The position numbers and the translations under genes were made by a program. Below are positions 28,752-38,935 of a stretch of 64,000 bases of DNA, piece by piece; positions within the stretch are counted from its first letter, which is position 1, and every line of letters begins with the position of its first letter. The notes beneath the pieces were generated by a model. It was not told the DNA's origin and did not search any database. It saw only the letters and a list, made by a program, of their open reading frames with translations. The stretch lies in contig CP073759.1 in assembly GCA_018398995.1 (NCBI GenBank), forward strand, positions 1,130,311 to 1,194,310, given 5' to 3'. This DNA comes from Methylophilaceae bacterium. GTDB taxonomy: Bacteria > Pseudomonadota > Gammaproteobacteria > Burkholderiales > Methylophilaceae.

Positions 28752-30155
28752 TTATTGATGCATAACCACCATTTTGATTTGCACCATATCATGCATGGTG
28801 TAGCCGATGCCACCAATGCCATATCCTGATTGCTTGCGTCCTGCAAATGGCATCCAATCAACGCGGAATGCCGTATGATCATTGACCATGACTGCTGTGG
28901 CATCGAGGTGTTGAATACAGTCATTGGCGACTTGTAAATCAGACGTATAAACTGCCGCTTGAAAGGCAAAGTCTAGACTGTTTGCAATCGATATTGCTTT
29001 ATCAAGTTCAAGGTAATCATATAAACAAATAACAGGACCAAATATTTCCATAGTTGATACTTTTGCATCCATAGGTGGATTTAACAAAATCGTTGGCGCA
29101 TAGGTAGTATCACTTAGCTTTTTACCCCCAGTAAGCAATGTTGCACCTGCTGCAACGGCTTCTGTTACCCAAGCATCAACACGGTCTACTTCCTTTGGCA
29201 AAATAAGTGGGCCGATTGCCGTGTTATCCTCTATTGGGTTGCCCACAATCAATTGATTCGCACCATCGGTTAACTGTTTTGCAACAGTATCAATAAGTGA
29301 GTGATGCACAAAAATACGTTGAGTGGATACACACACTTGCCCTGCATGATAAAAGCCACCTTTTAATAAAGACGGAATGGTTTTGCTTAAGTCGGCGCTC
29401 TTGTCTACGATAGCTGGCGCAACACCGCCATGTTCTAAAGCACATCTAACGCCGGGCGCTAATTTGCTTTTTAGCCACCAACCGACTTTTGCCGAACCAA
29501 TAAAGCTAAAAAAACTGATGAGTGGGCTGGTGACCAGTGCTTCAGCAACCGTGTTATCACACACGCACATTTGACACCAATTGGCAGGCAAGCCTGCTTG
29601 GTGAACCAATGCTACAAAACGTTGACAGTTGAGTGGCGTGGCGTGGGATGGCTTGACAATGACAGGGCAACCTACTGCAATGGCAGGCACAACCTGATGC
29701 ACAATCAGATTGAGTGGATGATTAAAGGCACTGACAGCCACTACTACACCAATAGGTTCGTAGGTGGTGTATGCAGTTCTAGCCATCGATGCAGCTGTGT
29801 GACCCATAGGTATTTCTTCACCACGCATCACATGACTAAGCGACTTGATGGCTAATTCAATGCCATCAATGGCACGTGTGACTTCTATGCGTGCATCAGT
29901 AATGGGTTTGCCGCCTTCTTTGGCGATTAATCTAGCAAACTGTTCCGCTTCAGCGGCAACTAAACCGGCTAGTCTTTTTAGGATGGCGGTACGCTCGTGA
30001 TGCGGTAGCCAAGCACGACGGTTGTTAAACAATGTAGCCGCAGCATCAAGCATGGCATTAGCATCATCAAGGTTATGCATATCGATATGACCAATGAATG
30101 TGCCATCGAAGGGCGAGTTGATGGTGAGTGATTGGCGCTGTTTAGTTTTCATCAT
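28752..30155 (-). CDS. NAD(P)-dependent aldehyde dehydrogenase
   Basis: ALDH fold with catalytic Cys in AGQVCVS, EHGG in place of ELGG, and PFAGRKQSGYG. The ATG at 30155 overlaps the upstream gene's TGA (ATGA). Confidence 0.88.
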   Translation of the reverse strand: MMKTKQRQSLTINSPFDGTFIGHIDMHNLDDANAMLDAAATLFNNRRAWLPHHERTAILKRLAGLVAAEAEQFARLIAKEGGKPITDARIEVTRAIDGIELAIKSLSHVMRGEEIPMGHTAASMARTAYTTYEPIGVVVAVSAFNHPLNLIVHQVVPAIAVGCPVIVKPSHATPLNCQRFVALVHQAGLPANWCQMCVCDNTVAEALVTSPLISFFSFIGSAKVGWWLKSKLAPGVRCALEHGGVAPAIVDKSADLSKTIPSLLKGGFYHAGQVCVSTQRIFVHHSLIDTVAKQLTDGANQLIVGNPIEDNTAIGPLILPKEVDRVDAWVTEAVAAGATLLTGGKKLSDTTYAPTILLNPPMDAKVSTMEIFGPVICLYDYLELDKAISIANSLDFAFQAAVYTSDLQVANDCIQHLDATAVMVNDHTAFRVDWMPFAGRKQSGYGIGGIGYTMHDMVQIKMVVMHQ

Positions 30156-31834
30156 AAAACACAAACCCTCGCTTTTAATTCATCGATCAGTACTTTATTA
30201 TTTTCTGAATAATCAACAGGTAGATCGATAAGGTGTACACCACCTTGTTCATAGCAGGCATTAATCAATGGAATAAAACTTTCTGCATTGTTTACCCGAT
30301 GACCTGTGGCGCGATAACTGTTTGCGTACATGACAAAATCTGGATTGTTAAATTCCAATCCATAGTCTTGGAAACCCATTGCATATTGCTTCCAACGTAT
30401 CATGCCATATGCGTTATCGTTCAAAATCAAAATGACTAGATTCAATTTTAAGCGAACAGCGGTTTCTAGCTCTTGGCTGTTCATCATAAAGCCCCCATCA
30501 CCACAAATAGCCATCACGCGTCGATCGGGATATAAACGGGCGGCTTCCATTGCCGATGGTAAACCAGCGCCCATCGTAGCTAACGCATTATCGAGCAAGA
30601 CCGTATTGGCCAATTGCGCAAAATAATTGCGTGCAAACCACACTTTATACACCCCATTATCTAACGCAATAATGCCATCAGCTGGCATGACTTTTCGAAT
30701 ATCCGCTACAAATCGTTGCGGCTTCATTGGGAAGCTATTATCTTCACTGCTTTCGTGGATGTGCTCCATCACATGGCTACGCACTTTCATGAAGTAAGAA
30801 AAATCATGTGTGGCTGTTGTTCCCACACGGTTGGCAAGCCGTTGGATAGAAGTGGCAATATCGCCAACCACTTCTAGTTGCGGAAAATAGACATTATCAA
30901 CTTGAGCAGATTTGAAGTTCACGTGAATGACTTTGGCGCCACCTTCGGTCATAAAAAAGGGTGGTTTTTCTACCACATCATGACCAACGTTAATAATTAA
31001 ATCGGCACGGTCAATGGCGCAGTGAATATAATCACCATCGGATAAAGCTGCCGTGCCCAGATGCTTTTCTTGCCGACCCCAAATACAGCCTTTTCCCATT
31101 TGTGTGTTTGCAAATGGAATACCTGTCATATCAACAAAATTGTGTAACGCTTGCCAAATGCGCGCACGATTTGCACCAGCACCTATCATTAATAATGGAT
31201 GTTTGGCCTCTTTAATCATCTTGGCTGCAACATCAAGGATTTCTCGATCAGCATGGGGGTAGCGCGTTCGACTAATGTTGAAAATATGGGTTGTCTTAGA
31301 GGCGACTTCTTCTGCGGCAATGTCTTCAGGTAGCTCTAATAATGCTGCGCCAGGGCGCTCTTCAGTGGCCAATCTAAACGCTTCTCGAACCATAGAAGGA
31401 ATCATGTCCACGTTGACAATTTGTTTGGCGTATTTGGTAATAGGCTTCATCATGCTCACAACATCAACAATTTGAAATAACCCTTGTTTGCTATGTTTAA
31501 TCGGCTTTTGACCAGTAATCATCACCAGTGGGAATCCGCCTAATTGCGCATAAGCCGCGCCTGTTACTAAGTTAGTTGCTCCAGGACCCAAGGTCGATAG
31601 GCAGACACCAGGTTTGCCTGTCAGGCGTCCATAAGTGGCCGCCATAAAAGCTGCGCCTTGTTCGTGACGGGTTAAAATGAGGTCAATACTGGACTGACGC
31701 ATGGCCTCTAGAAAATCGAGATTTTCTTCACCAGGTACGCCATAAATTCTTTCTACCCCTTCATTTTCTAAGGCCTTAATAAATAAGTCAGACGCATTCA
31801 TTTTCTTTTCTGGTATTTTCTTAGTTGATGTCAT
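30152..31834 (-). CDS. thiamine-diphosphate enzyme of the acetolactate synthase large-subunit family
   Basis: 560 aa; N-terminal GVPGEENLDFL, and ThDP motif GDGGF..N.QELET...L.L.ILILNDNAYG. Confidence 0.88.
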   Translation of the reverse strand: MTSTKKIPEKKMNASDLFIKALENEGVERIYGVPGEENLDFLEAMRQSSIDLILTRHEQGAAFMAATYGRLTGKPGVCLSTLGPGATNLVTGAAYAQLGGFPLVMITGQKPIKHSKQGLFQIVDVVSMMKPITKYAKQIVNVDMIPSMVREAFRLATEERPGAALLELPEDIAAEEVASKTTHIFNISRTRYPHADREILDVAAKMIKEAKHPLLMIGAGANRARIWQALHNFVDMTGIPFANTQMGKGCIWGRQEKHLGTAALSDGDYIHCAIDRADLIINVGHDVVEKPPFFMTEGGAKVIHVNFKSAQVDNVYFPQLEVVGDIATSIQRLANRVGTTATHDFSYFMKVRSHVMEHIHESSEDNSFPMKPQRFVADIRKVMPADGIIALDNGVYKVWFARNYFAQLANTVLLDNALATMGAGLPSAMEAARLYPDRRVMAICGDGGFMMNSQELETAVRLKLNLVILILNDNAYGMIRWKQYAMGFQDYGLEFNNPDFVMYANSYRATGHRVNNAESFIPLINACYEQGGVHLIDLPVDYSENNKVLIDELKARVCVL

Positions 31835-31890
31835 GATTCATTGCCTTCGTTAGAGTTGCATATGAGTTGATATATTAACGTAGATAATAT

Positions 31891-33414
31891 TTAACTACCC
31901 TGGTTCATTTTATGCTCAGACGTACTTGGTTGCGGATAAATATCTATCATACTCGTCGATCTGCCATTTGACTGCACAATGCGTACATGCTTACGCTCTA
32001 GCTTACGCGCTTCAGTTACCCCGCAAGAGTGCGCTAATATACCAATTTCTTTATGCATATTTTTTGCATATTGCATCACACGCACTGCTTTATCTTCAGG
32101 GTTCAACCCGTATTGTAATTTTTTATTGTGTGTTGTAATACCTGTAGGGCAGGTGTTCTTATTACATTGCAGCGCCTGAATGCAGCCTAAAGCAAACATG
32201 AATCCGCGGGCTGAGTTCACAAAATCTGCCCCAGCACAGAAAGCCCAGGTTACTTCTGCGGGGGTGATGAGTTTGCCGCTGGCACATACTTTTACCCGTT
32301 CGCGTAAGCCATACTCGATGAGTTTATCTACCACTAGTGGCAAGCTTTCTTTAATCGGCAGGCCCATATTGTCAATCAAACTCATGGGTGCCGCTCCAGT
32401 GCCGCCGTCTGCACTGTCTATGGTCAGAAAGTCAGGTGCACTTTCTATCCCGCGTTGATGAATGGCAGCAAATAAATCATCAAAAAATCCAGTCGCACCA
32501 ACCACCATTTTAACCCCAACCGGCTTTCCTGTTGTGGTGCGCACATAGTCAATCATATCCAGTAAGTCTTCTACCTGCTTGATTTCTGGGTGTCGATTAG
32601 GGCTAATAGCATCTTCTCCGATTTCTATACCACGAATGGCAGCGATTTCTGCATTGACCTTAACGCCCGGCAAGATGCCACCTTTCCCTGGTTTTGCGCC
32701 TTGACTCATCTTAATTTCAAACATTTTAACTTCAGGGTGTGCGGCAACTGCTTTCAGTCTTGCTGCATCAAAGCCCCCTTCTTGTTTACGCACTCCAAAT
32801 TTTGCAGTACCGATTTGGAAAACAATATCGGCACCACCGGCTAAGTGATAAGGCGACAATCCGCCTTCACCTGTATTCATCCAAATGCCTGCCATTTTTG
32901 CACCTTTAGATAGCGCCAGTACCGCAGGAATAGACAGGGCACCATAACTCATGCCGGAGATATTAAACAGTGAATTTGTTTGATATGGCTGCCGACAATA
33001 CGGCCCGATGGTGACCGTGGTGGGGTCGGTATTTTCTTCAGCGAGGGTAGGAAAAGCGTAGTTAACAAATAATACGGTGCCAGGGTCTGTTAACACGCGA
33101 GTTGATCCAAACGCGACGGTACTATCGACATTTTTTGCCGCCCGATATACCCAAGAACGCTCGGCGCGATTGAACGGCATTTCTTCACGGTCATGCGCAA
33201 AAAAGTACTGTCTAAAAAACTCGCCCATGTGTTCAAACAAATAGCGGAACCTAGCCAGAACGGGATAGTTTCTTCGTAAAGTACTTTTGGTTTGAAATTT
33301 ATCAACAAAATACAAAACAATCATCAATAAACATAACAGTCCGATGACCAATATAAAGATAAAAGCTAAAAGTTGTATGCTGTTGCCAGCAAAAGATGCG
33401 AGTTTATCCGTCAT
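31891..33414 (-). CDS. FMN-binding glutamate-synthase-domain protein (YerD-like), membrane anchored
   Basis: 507 aa; N-terminal TM helix, then a GltB FMN-domain sequence (GEGG..P.H, KMSQGAKPGKGG.LPG.KV, DGGTGAAP). Confidence 0.88.
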   Translation of the reverse strand: MTDKLASFAGNSIQLLAFIFILVIGLLCLLMIVLYFVDKFQTKSTLRRNYPVLARFRYLFEHMGEFFRQYFFAHDREEMPFNRAERSWVYRAAKNVDSTVAFGSTRVLTDPGTVLFVNYAFPTLAEENTDPTTVTIGPYCRQPYQTNSLFNISGMSYGALSIPAVLALSKGAKMAGIWMNTGEGGLSPYHLAGGADIVFQIGTAKFGVRKQEGGFDAARLKAVAAHPEVKMFEIKMSQGAKPGKGGILPGVKVNAEIAAIRGIEIGEDAISPNRHPEIKQVEDLLDMIDYVRTTTGKPVGVKMVVGATGFFDDLFAAIHQRGIESAPDFLTIDSADGGTGAAPMSLIDNMGLPIKESLPLVVDKLIEYGLRERVKVCASGKLITPAEVTWAFCAGADFVNSARGFMFALGCIQALQCNKNTCPTGITTHNKKLQYGLNPEDKAVRVMQYAKNMHKEIGILAHSCGVTEARKLERKHVRIVQSNGRSTSMIDIYPQPSTSEHKMNQGS

Positions 33415-33458
33415 GCATTTCTCCTGTACGCTATTGAACTATTACCAGTCTGTTTTTA

Positions 33459-33782
33459 TTAAATAAGGATGCTTTTCTTGATCAATATTGTTTTATTGAT
33501 TGGCTTTGATGAACAAACACTGGCTTTATTCGGTGTATAAACGGCGTTGACTATACAAGTTTTATTTTGGCTAGCTAATTGCATCAATTGAGCTGAAAAT
33601 GGCAGTTGAGCATCCGCATTTTGATAATAATTGATGGTTTTTGGATGGCTTTTTATATATTTTCTAGAAGCATCTTGCATACTGATGCTGAGCAATTGGA
33701 TAAGCCAATAAATAACAACCATTACAAAGGTTAAGCCGGCAATCAATGCAATGTTGCTACGTTTAATAAGTGTATTTTGCAT
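33459..33782 (-). CDS. small membrane-anchored hypothetical protein
   Basis: 107 aa with a single N-terminal TM helix; no family recognised. Confidence 0.45.
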   Translation of the reverse strand: MQNTLIKRSNIALIAGLTFVMVVIYWLIQLLSISMQDASRKYIKSHPKTINYYQNADAQLPFSAQLMQLASQNKTCIVNAVYTPNKASVCSSKPINKTILIKKSILI

Positions 33783-33800
33783 AACATTTATCGCCTTTGT

Positions 33801-34094
33801 TTAATGGATGACCCATTGCGCATCGGATACCAAACACATTCCCCCATATTTTTTCAGGATGGGCCTCAAGGCTTCTATAATCGGGATTAAGTATTTTTCA
33901 GGGCATGCGATGACAAATGTCACATTTTCAAATTTCTCACCAAACGCTAGTTCGTTTCGCATGCCCCTCTCCCCATCACCGCCGACATTGTGATAAATGG
34001 TGTAGCTATTGATATTGATGCTTTTTAATGTGGCAATCACTTTTTCTTTTTCGATTGCCTCAATCACTAATTCAATTCTTTTTACACTAAACAT
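33801..34094 (-). CDS. sbtB: P-II-like signalling protein SbtB
   Basis: 97 aa from the ATG at 34094. P-II fold pattern (RIELVIEA..K..V...L......YTIY.NV.G.G.RG) immediately downstream of an SbtA-type permease. Confidence 0.72.
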   Translation of the reverse strand: MFSVKRIELVIEAIEKEKVIATLKSININSYTIYHNVGGDGERGMRNELAFGEKFENVTFVIACPEKYLIPIIEALRPILKKYGGMCLVSDAQWVIH

Positions 34095-34107
34095 GGTTTG
34101 GTCACCT

Positions 34108-35094
34108 TTAAATGATTGTGTTTGCAAAACTGTAATAGATAGGAATGCCTAATATCACGTTGAATGGAAAGGTAACGCCCAGCGATAACGTTAAATAGAT
34201 AGAAGGGTTTGCCTCTGGTATTGCCATACGCATTGCTGGCGGCACAGCGATATAAGAAGAGCTGGCCGCTAGAACGCCCACTAGGGTAGCGCCACCTATA
34301 GCAAAATGTAATACATAATGACCAATGACAACCCCAACTAAGCCTGCTGCGATAGGCATTAAAATGCCAAAGCAAATTAAGAATTTACTGGCCAATTTAA
34401 AGTCTGCTATTTTCTTGCCAGCTTCCATTCCCATGGCGAGTAAAAACACACATAAAACTCCCATAAAAAGCTGATCAAAAAAGGGAAGGACTGATGCAAG
34501 ACTTTGCTCTGGTGAAATATCGCCAATGATCAATCCACCAATGAGTAATACGATGCTGCCGTTGGTAAACGCCTCTCTGATTAACAAACCAATATCGCCT
34601 TTTTCATCACTTTCATCATGTTTGTTATTGAGCAATTTTCTTCTTGCGATTGATGCCATCACTAAACCAACCAGAATGGCAGGTGATTCCATGATGGCAA
34701 GCATAATGACTGGATACTTTTCAAACTCAATATTCATCGATTGTAAAAAGGCGACTGCGGTCAAGAATGTGCCGGCGCTGACTGAGCCATAATGGGTTGC
34801 AATCGCAATTGCATTTAAATGATCAATTTTGCCAATACCATGAATAATGGCGTACGCAATGATTGGGAGCATAATGCCAAGCAATATGGCGACTGAAATA
34901 GATGGAATTGCTTCAGAGAAATGTACGTGAGAGAGGGCTAGGCCGCCATGAATGCCAATACTAATGAGCAAATAAATGGTGATAGATTTGGTCAATTCAG
35001 ATGGTAGTTTTAAATCTGAACGAATCAGTTGCGCCAAAAATCCCAATGCAAAAAACAAAATGGCTGGAGTTAGTAAGTTTTGTATATTAACCAA
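34108..35094 (-). CDS. sbtA: sodium-dependent bicarbonate transporter family permease (SbtA/DUF897-like)
   Basis: About 328 aa from the TTG at 35094 (AGGTG 7 nt upstream). The track ORF extends to 35256 through AT-rich, unlikely coding sequence. LLTPAILFFALGFLAQLIRSDLKLP resembles SbtA N-termini. Confidence 0.78.
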   Translation of the reverse strand: MVNIQNLLTPAILFFALGFLAQLIRSDLKLPSELTKSITIYLLISIGIHGGLALSHVHFSEAIPSISVAILLGIMLPIIAYAIIHGIGKIDHLNAIAIATHYGSVSAGTFLTAVAFLQSMNIEFEKYPVIMLAIMESPAILVGLVMASIARRKLLNNKHDESDEKGDIGLLIREAFTNGSIVLLIGGLIIGDISPEQSLASVLPFFDQLFMGVLCVFLLAMGMEAGKKIADFKLASKFLICFGILMPIAAGLVGVVIGHYVLHFAIGGATLVGVLAASSSYIAVPPAMRMAIPEANPSIYLTLSLGVTFPFNVILGIPIYYSFANTII

Positions 35095-35426
35095 TGTGAT
35101 GCACCTAGTGACGTAAATAGCTGTTATTGTCGACCAAATAATTAATTCTGTATAATATATAATTACTATTAAACAATTCTTTAAAATAGAACATTTATCC
35201 CACCAACTGCTCAGCAACAGAGCGAAAACTTTGCCACTTTTTATGGAGATAACCAAGATTCCTTGAGGCTTAGGTATTGTTGAATCGAACCCGATGCAAC
35301 CAGCTTGCCTGCATGAGTTAATCAGTGAAAGCGACCGTCAGATGTATCAACAAAAACAATCTGCCGCTAAAGAAACGCCAGTATCCGATGTGTGATCTTC
35401 GCTATTGCCCATGGGCATGATAACGA

Positions 35427-36596
35427 CTAGCAGCTTAATGCTATTTTGATATTGTTAAGTGCGTCACCAACTACTTTTTTTGGTGCCGCAATGTTCATGC
35501 GCATAAAACCACTACCGCCTGCGCCAAATAACGTGCCCGGACTTAAACCTACGTGCGCTTTTTCAACAAACATTGTTTTCAAGGCACGATCAGTTAATTG
35601 TAAAGCACGACAATCTAACCAAAGTAAGTAGGTGGCTTCTGGCGCAATGACTTTTATTTGTGGCAGATGTAATGCTAGATATTCAATAACAAAATCCCTT
35701 GTCTTTGTCAGATATGCAAGCAAGGCCTGCAACCAAGCATCGCCATGATGATAGGCAGCTTCAAATGCAGTAATACTAAACGGATTTGCAGCGTTCACAT
35801 GCATAGATTCAAAAGCTTCTTGCATTCGTTTTCTATGATTTGCATTGCTAACAATTAATGCAGATAAGCCTAAGCCGGGGATGTTAAATGTTTTGCTTGG
35901 TGCAACCGCGGTGATAATGTTATCAGTAGATGTTGCTACAGTTGCTAAGACATGATGTCGATGCTTTGGGTAGACGAGATCGGCATGTATTTCATCTGAA
36001 AAAATCAATAAATCGTGCTTTTTTGCTATTTTTAACAGCATTTTAAGCTCATTTAGCTGCCATACGCGACCAACTGGGTTATGCGGAGAGCATAAAAGCA
36101 ACATGCGTGCATCCTTAGCGCATTGTTCTAAATGGTCAAAATCGATCAAATATCGATTGTGCTGTATGTTTAATGGATTATTGATGAGGGTTCTGCCAGT
36201 ATTGGTCACCGAAGAGAAAAATGGAAAATAAACAGGCGGTTGCACAATGACAGACTCAGCTGGTGCAGTAAATGCCATGACAGCGGCATGAAGAGTGGGT
36301 ACAACGCCCGGACAAAGCATAATCCATTCGCGTTGGATAGCCCATCCATGTTGTCGTTTAAACCAACTAATCAGGGCCGCATATAAACTTTCTGGATAAG
36401 TCGTATAGCCAAAAATAGGGTGCTTCGCGCGCTCAGTGAGGGCATCAGTTACCGCCGCTGGTACCGCAAAATCCATATCGGCAACCCACATTGGTGTAAC
36501 ATCGGCGCGACCAAATAGTGTTTGTCTGGCATCGTACTTTAGGCTAAGCGTATCCTCCCGATTGACGATTTGGTCAAAGTCAACATGCTCAATCAA
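35427..36596 (-). CDS. PLP-dependent C-S lyase / aminotransferase class I-II (PatB/MalY type)
   Basis: 389 aa; MalY/PatB-like (YD....FG..DV.PMWVADMDF, SPHNP.GRVW, PSKTFN.PG). TTG start with GGAG 7 nt upstream, 16 nt after the egtD stop. Confidence 0.82.
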   Translation of the reverse strand: MIEHVDFDQIVNREDTLSLKYDARQTLFGRADVTPMWVADMDFAVPAAVTDALTERAKHPIFGYTTYPESLYAALISWFKRQHGWAIQREWIMLCPGVVPTLHAAVMAFTAPAESVIVQPPVYFPFFSSVTNTGRTLINNPLNIQHNRYLIDFDHLEQCAKDARMLLLCSPHNPVGRVWQLNELKMLLKIAKKHDLLIFSDEIHADLVYPKHRHHVLATVATSTDNIITAVAPSKTFNIPGLGLSALIVSNANHRKRMQEAFESMHVNAANPFSITAFEAAYHHGDAWLQALLAYLTKTRDFVIEYLALHLPQIKVIAPEATYLLWLDCRALQLTDRALKTMFVEKAHVGLSPGTLFGAGGSGFMRMNIAAPKKVVGDALNNIKIALSC

Positions 36597-36612
36597 GTGG
36601 CTACTCCAATTA

Positions 36613-37593
36613 TCAGGTTACTTGCCATAATGCATCAATAAAATAATCTCTGCTATCAGAAAATAGTTGTGTGATTGTAAACCCGTTCTGCACCGCCAAT
36701 TGGGTAATAGCTGCTGTAGAAAATTTATAAGAATATTCTAAGTGCATCGCTTCATGTTGAGTGAAATAAAAAGGTTTATCTGCTGCTTCTATGGTTACTA
36801 TTTGATCGTCTAAAGAGATTAAATAGCTCTCCATCGCACCCAGCTTGGGGTTGTAAAAACCATAGTGTTCAAACGCAGATACATTAAAATCACCGCCCAG
36901 CTCACGATTAATGCGATTCAGTAAATTTAAATTAAATTGGCGGGTTAGTCCATCAGCGTCGTTATAGGCTTGATTCAGTACGTGCGTGTCTTTTTTTAAA
37001 TCAAAACCAACTAAGACATAGTCGCCTGTATCTAGTGAATCTTGTAATTGGCTAAGGAAACTATCTATTTGGACTTTGTTAAAATTACCGATATTAGAGC
37101 CTAAAAATAGCACGAGCTTTTTATTGCTAGATATTTTTTTAAGATAATTAAGTCCATGAAAATAATCGGCAACCACACCATGGGTATGTAAACTTGGGTG
37201 CGTGCTAAGATTGTCATCCAGTAGCTGCATGGCTTTTTCAGAAATGTCGATGGGGTAAAAATTAACCTTGCAATCATGATTTAAAAAGCCATTTATAATT
37301 AATTCACTTTTATGACCATCTCCTGCGCCCAGCTCGATAATATCGAGTTCAGGTGCGTTGATGATTCCAGGCAAAAGATGGTTAATACTTTGCAGAATAG
37401 AAAATTCGGTGCTGGTTGGATAATAATCCGGATGTTGTGTAATTTTTTGGAATAATTCACTGCCAATATCATCATAAAAATATTTGGCAGAAATCGCTTT
37501 TTCTTGGGCACTGAGTCCTGCAATTACATCCGCAATAAATGTAGTTTGATGTAAGCTAGATTGGTCTGTTTCAATTAAGTTTGTAATCTTCAA
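36613..37593 (-). CDS. egtD: L-histidine N-alpha-methyltransferase EgtD
   Basis: 326 aa from the TTG at 37593, which overlaps the egtB TGA. EgtD-like sequence (KYFYD..GS.LF..IT..P.YY.T..E, ELGAGDG.K, FLGS.IGNF). Confidence 0.82.
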   Translation of the reverse strand: MKITNLIETDQSSLHQTTFIADVIAGLSAQEKAISAKYFYDDIGSELFQKITQHPDYYPTSTEFSILQSINHLLPGIINAPELDIIELGAGDGHKSELIINGFLNHDCKVNFYPIDISEKAMQLLDDNLSTHPSLHTHGVVADYFHGLNYLKKISSNKKLVLFLGSNIGNFNKVQIDSFLSQLQDSLDTGDYVLVGFDLKKDTHVLNQAYNDADGLTRQFNLNLLNRINRELGGDFNVSAFEHYGFYNPKLGAMESYLISLDDQIVTIEAADKPFYFTQHEAMHLEYSYKFSTAAITQLAVQNGFTITQLFSDSRDYFIDALWQVT

Positions 37594-38816
37594 ATGGTAT
37601 CCTTTGCTAGACGGATGCCTGAAAACATCCAGCGTTGGTGGGGTAAGTAAAAATTGCGATAGCTGTTTCGGTAATGATGCTTTGGCGTTACAACGCAACC
37701 ACCACGTAAAACAAATTGGTTGCACATGAATTTGCCATTGTATTCGGTCAATAAGCCATCAAAGGCTTTGAATCTTGGATAAGCAGAGTACTGACTACTG
37801 GTCCAACACCATACTTGTTCTGCTGCATTGGCATCGGTAGGATGAAAAGTGGTTCCTAGCGTCGATTGGCGGCTAGTACTATTGAGATAGATTTCTAACT
37901 CTTGTTCTGTGGGTAACCTACAGCCCTTCCACTTAGCAAAAGCATCCGCCTCAAAATAGCTGATATGTACCAATGGTCGATGCATGTCTAAGCGCATTAA
38001 GCCATGCATGGTATATTCAAACCAATCGCCATCAATCCTAGACCAATATAAGGGCTGTGTTACTGTTGTTTGGTTCACCCAATCCCAGCCTTCGCTTAAC
38101 CAATATGTTGCTTGCTGATAACCGCCGTCCTCTATAAAAGCTAAAAATTCACCATTAGTCACCAGACTTTGGCAGATAGAAAAAGGATAAAGATAATGTT
38201 TGTGACGCGGTCTTTCATTATCATACGAAAAGCCGTCATTGCCTTTTGGCTTATCGTAACCTATTTCAACTAAGCCTTCTTCTATATCAATCCAGGTGCT
38301 TTTGGGTGACGGCGCCGAAGGCAACCCTGATGCGGTATATTGGATTGGGAGCACATTGCTTGCAAAAATGCACTTAATATCCATGAATAACAGCTCTTGA
38401 TGCTGTTGTTCATGATGCAAGCCTATTTCTAGCAGTGACGCCAGTGCATCAGTTATCTTTATTTCTGTTAATAAAGTCATGATTGCACCATCAACTTGCG
38501 TACGATAATCCATAATCTCAGCCACAGTTGGCCTTGATAAGTTGCCGCGCTCTGACTGCATTGTGTGCCCACCAATGGCTTTATAATAAGAATTAAATAA
38601 CGCATTGTAGGCTGGGTTAACCCATTGATAATTAGGGTTAAATTTTTTTAAAATGACTGTTTCAAAAAACCACGTAGTATGCCCTAAATGCCACTTGGGT
38701 GGGCTGACTTCTGCGCTGGGCTGTACGACAAAATCCTCGGTTTCGATGGCACTACATATATCAAGTGTCGCCTGTCGTACTTGTTGGTAATTCTCTATTA
38801 ATGTATTTCTGATCAT
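37590..38816 (-). CDS. egtB: ergothioneine biosynthesis sulfoxide synthase EgtB
   Basis: 408 aa; N-terminal DinB-like domain (PPKWHLGHTTWFFE, HHEQQHQEL) and a C-terminal FGE-sulfatase-like domain (VWCWTSS.Y..YP.F, LRGG). Confidence 0.85.
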   Translation of the reverse strand: MIRNTLIENYQQVRQATLDICSAIETEDFVVQPSAEVSPPKWHLGHTTWFFETVILKKFNPNYQWVNPAYNALFNSYYKAIGGHTMQSERGNLSRPTVAEIMDYRTQVDGAIMTLLTEIKITDALASLLEIGLHHEQQHQELLFMDIKCIFASNVLPIQYTASGLPSAPSPKSTWIDIEEGLVEIGYDKPKGNDGFSYDNERPRHKHYLYPFSICQSLVTNGEFLAFIEDGGYQQATYWLSEGWDWVNQTTVTQPLYWSRIDGDWFEYTMHGLMRLDMHRPLVHISYFEADAFAKWKGCRLPTEQELEIYLNSTSRQSTLGTTFHPTDANAAEQVWCWTSSQYSAYPRFKAFDGLLTEYNGKFMCNQFVLRGGCVVTPKHHYRNSYRNFYLPHQRWMFSGIRLAKDTI

Positions 38817-38935
38817 TATTGGTTGTTTTAATGCAAGAGGGCGATGTATTTAATTACTTTAACATTGCTAGCTTGAAAGACAAATAATATAAGGCATATA
38901 AAGACAAGAGGGATGGTGGTAGGTTCCCAATATTG

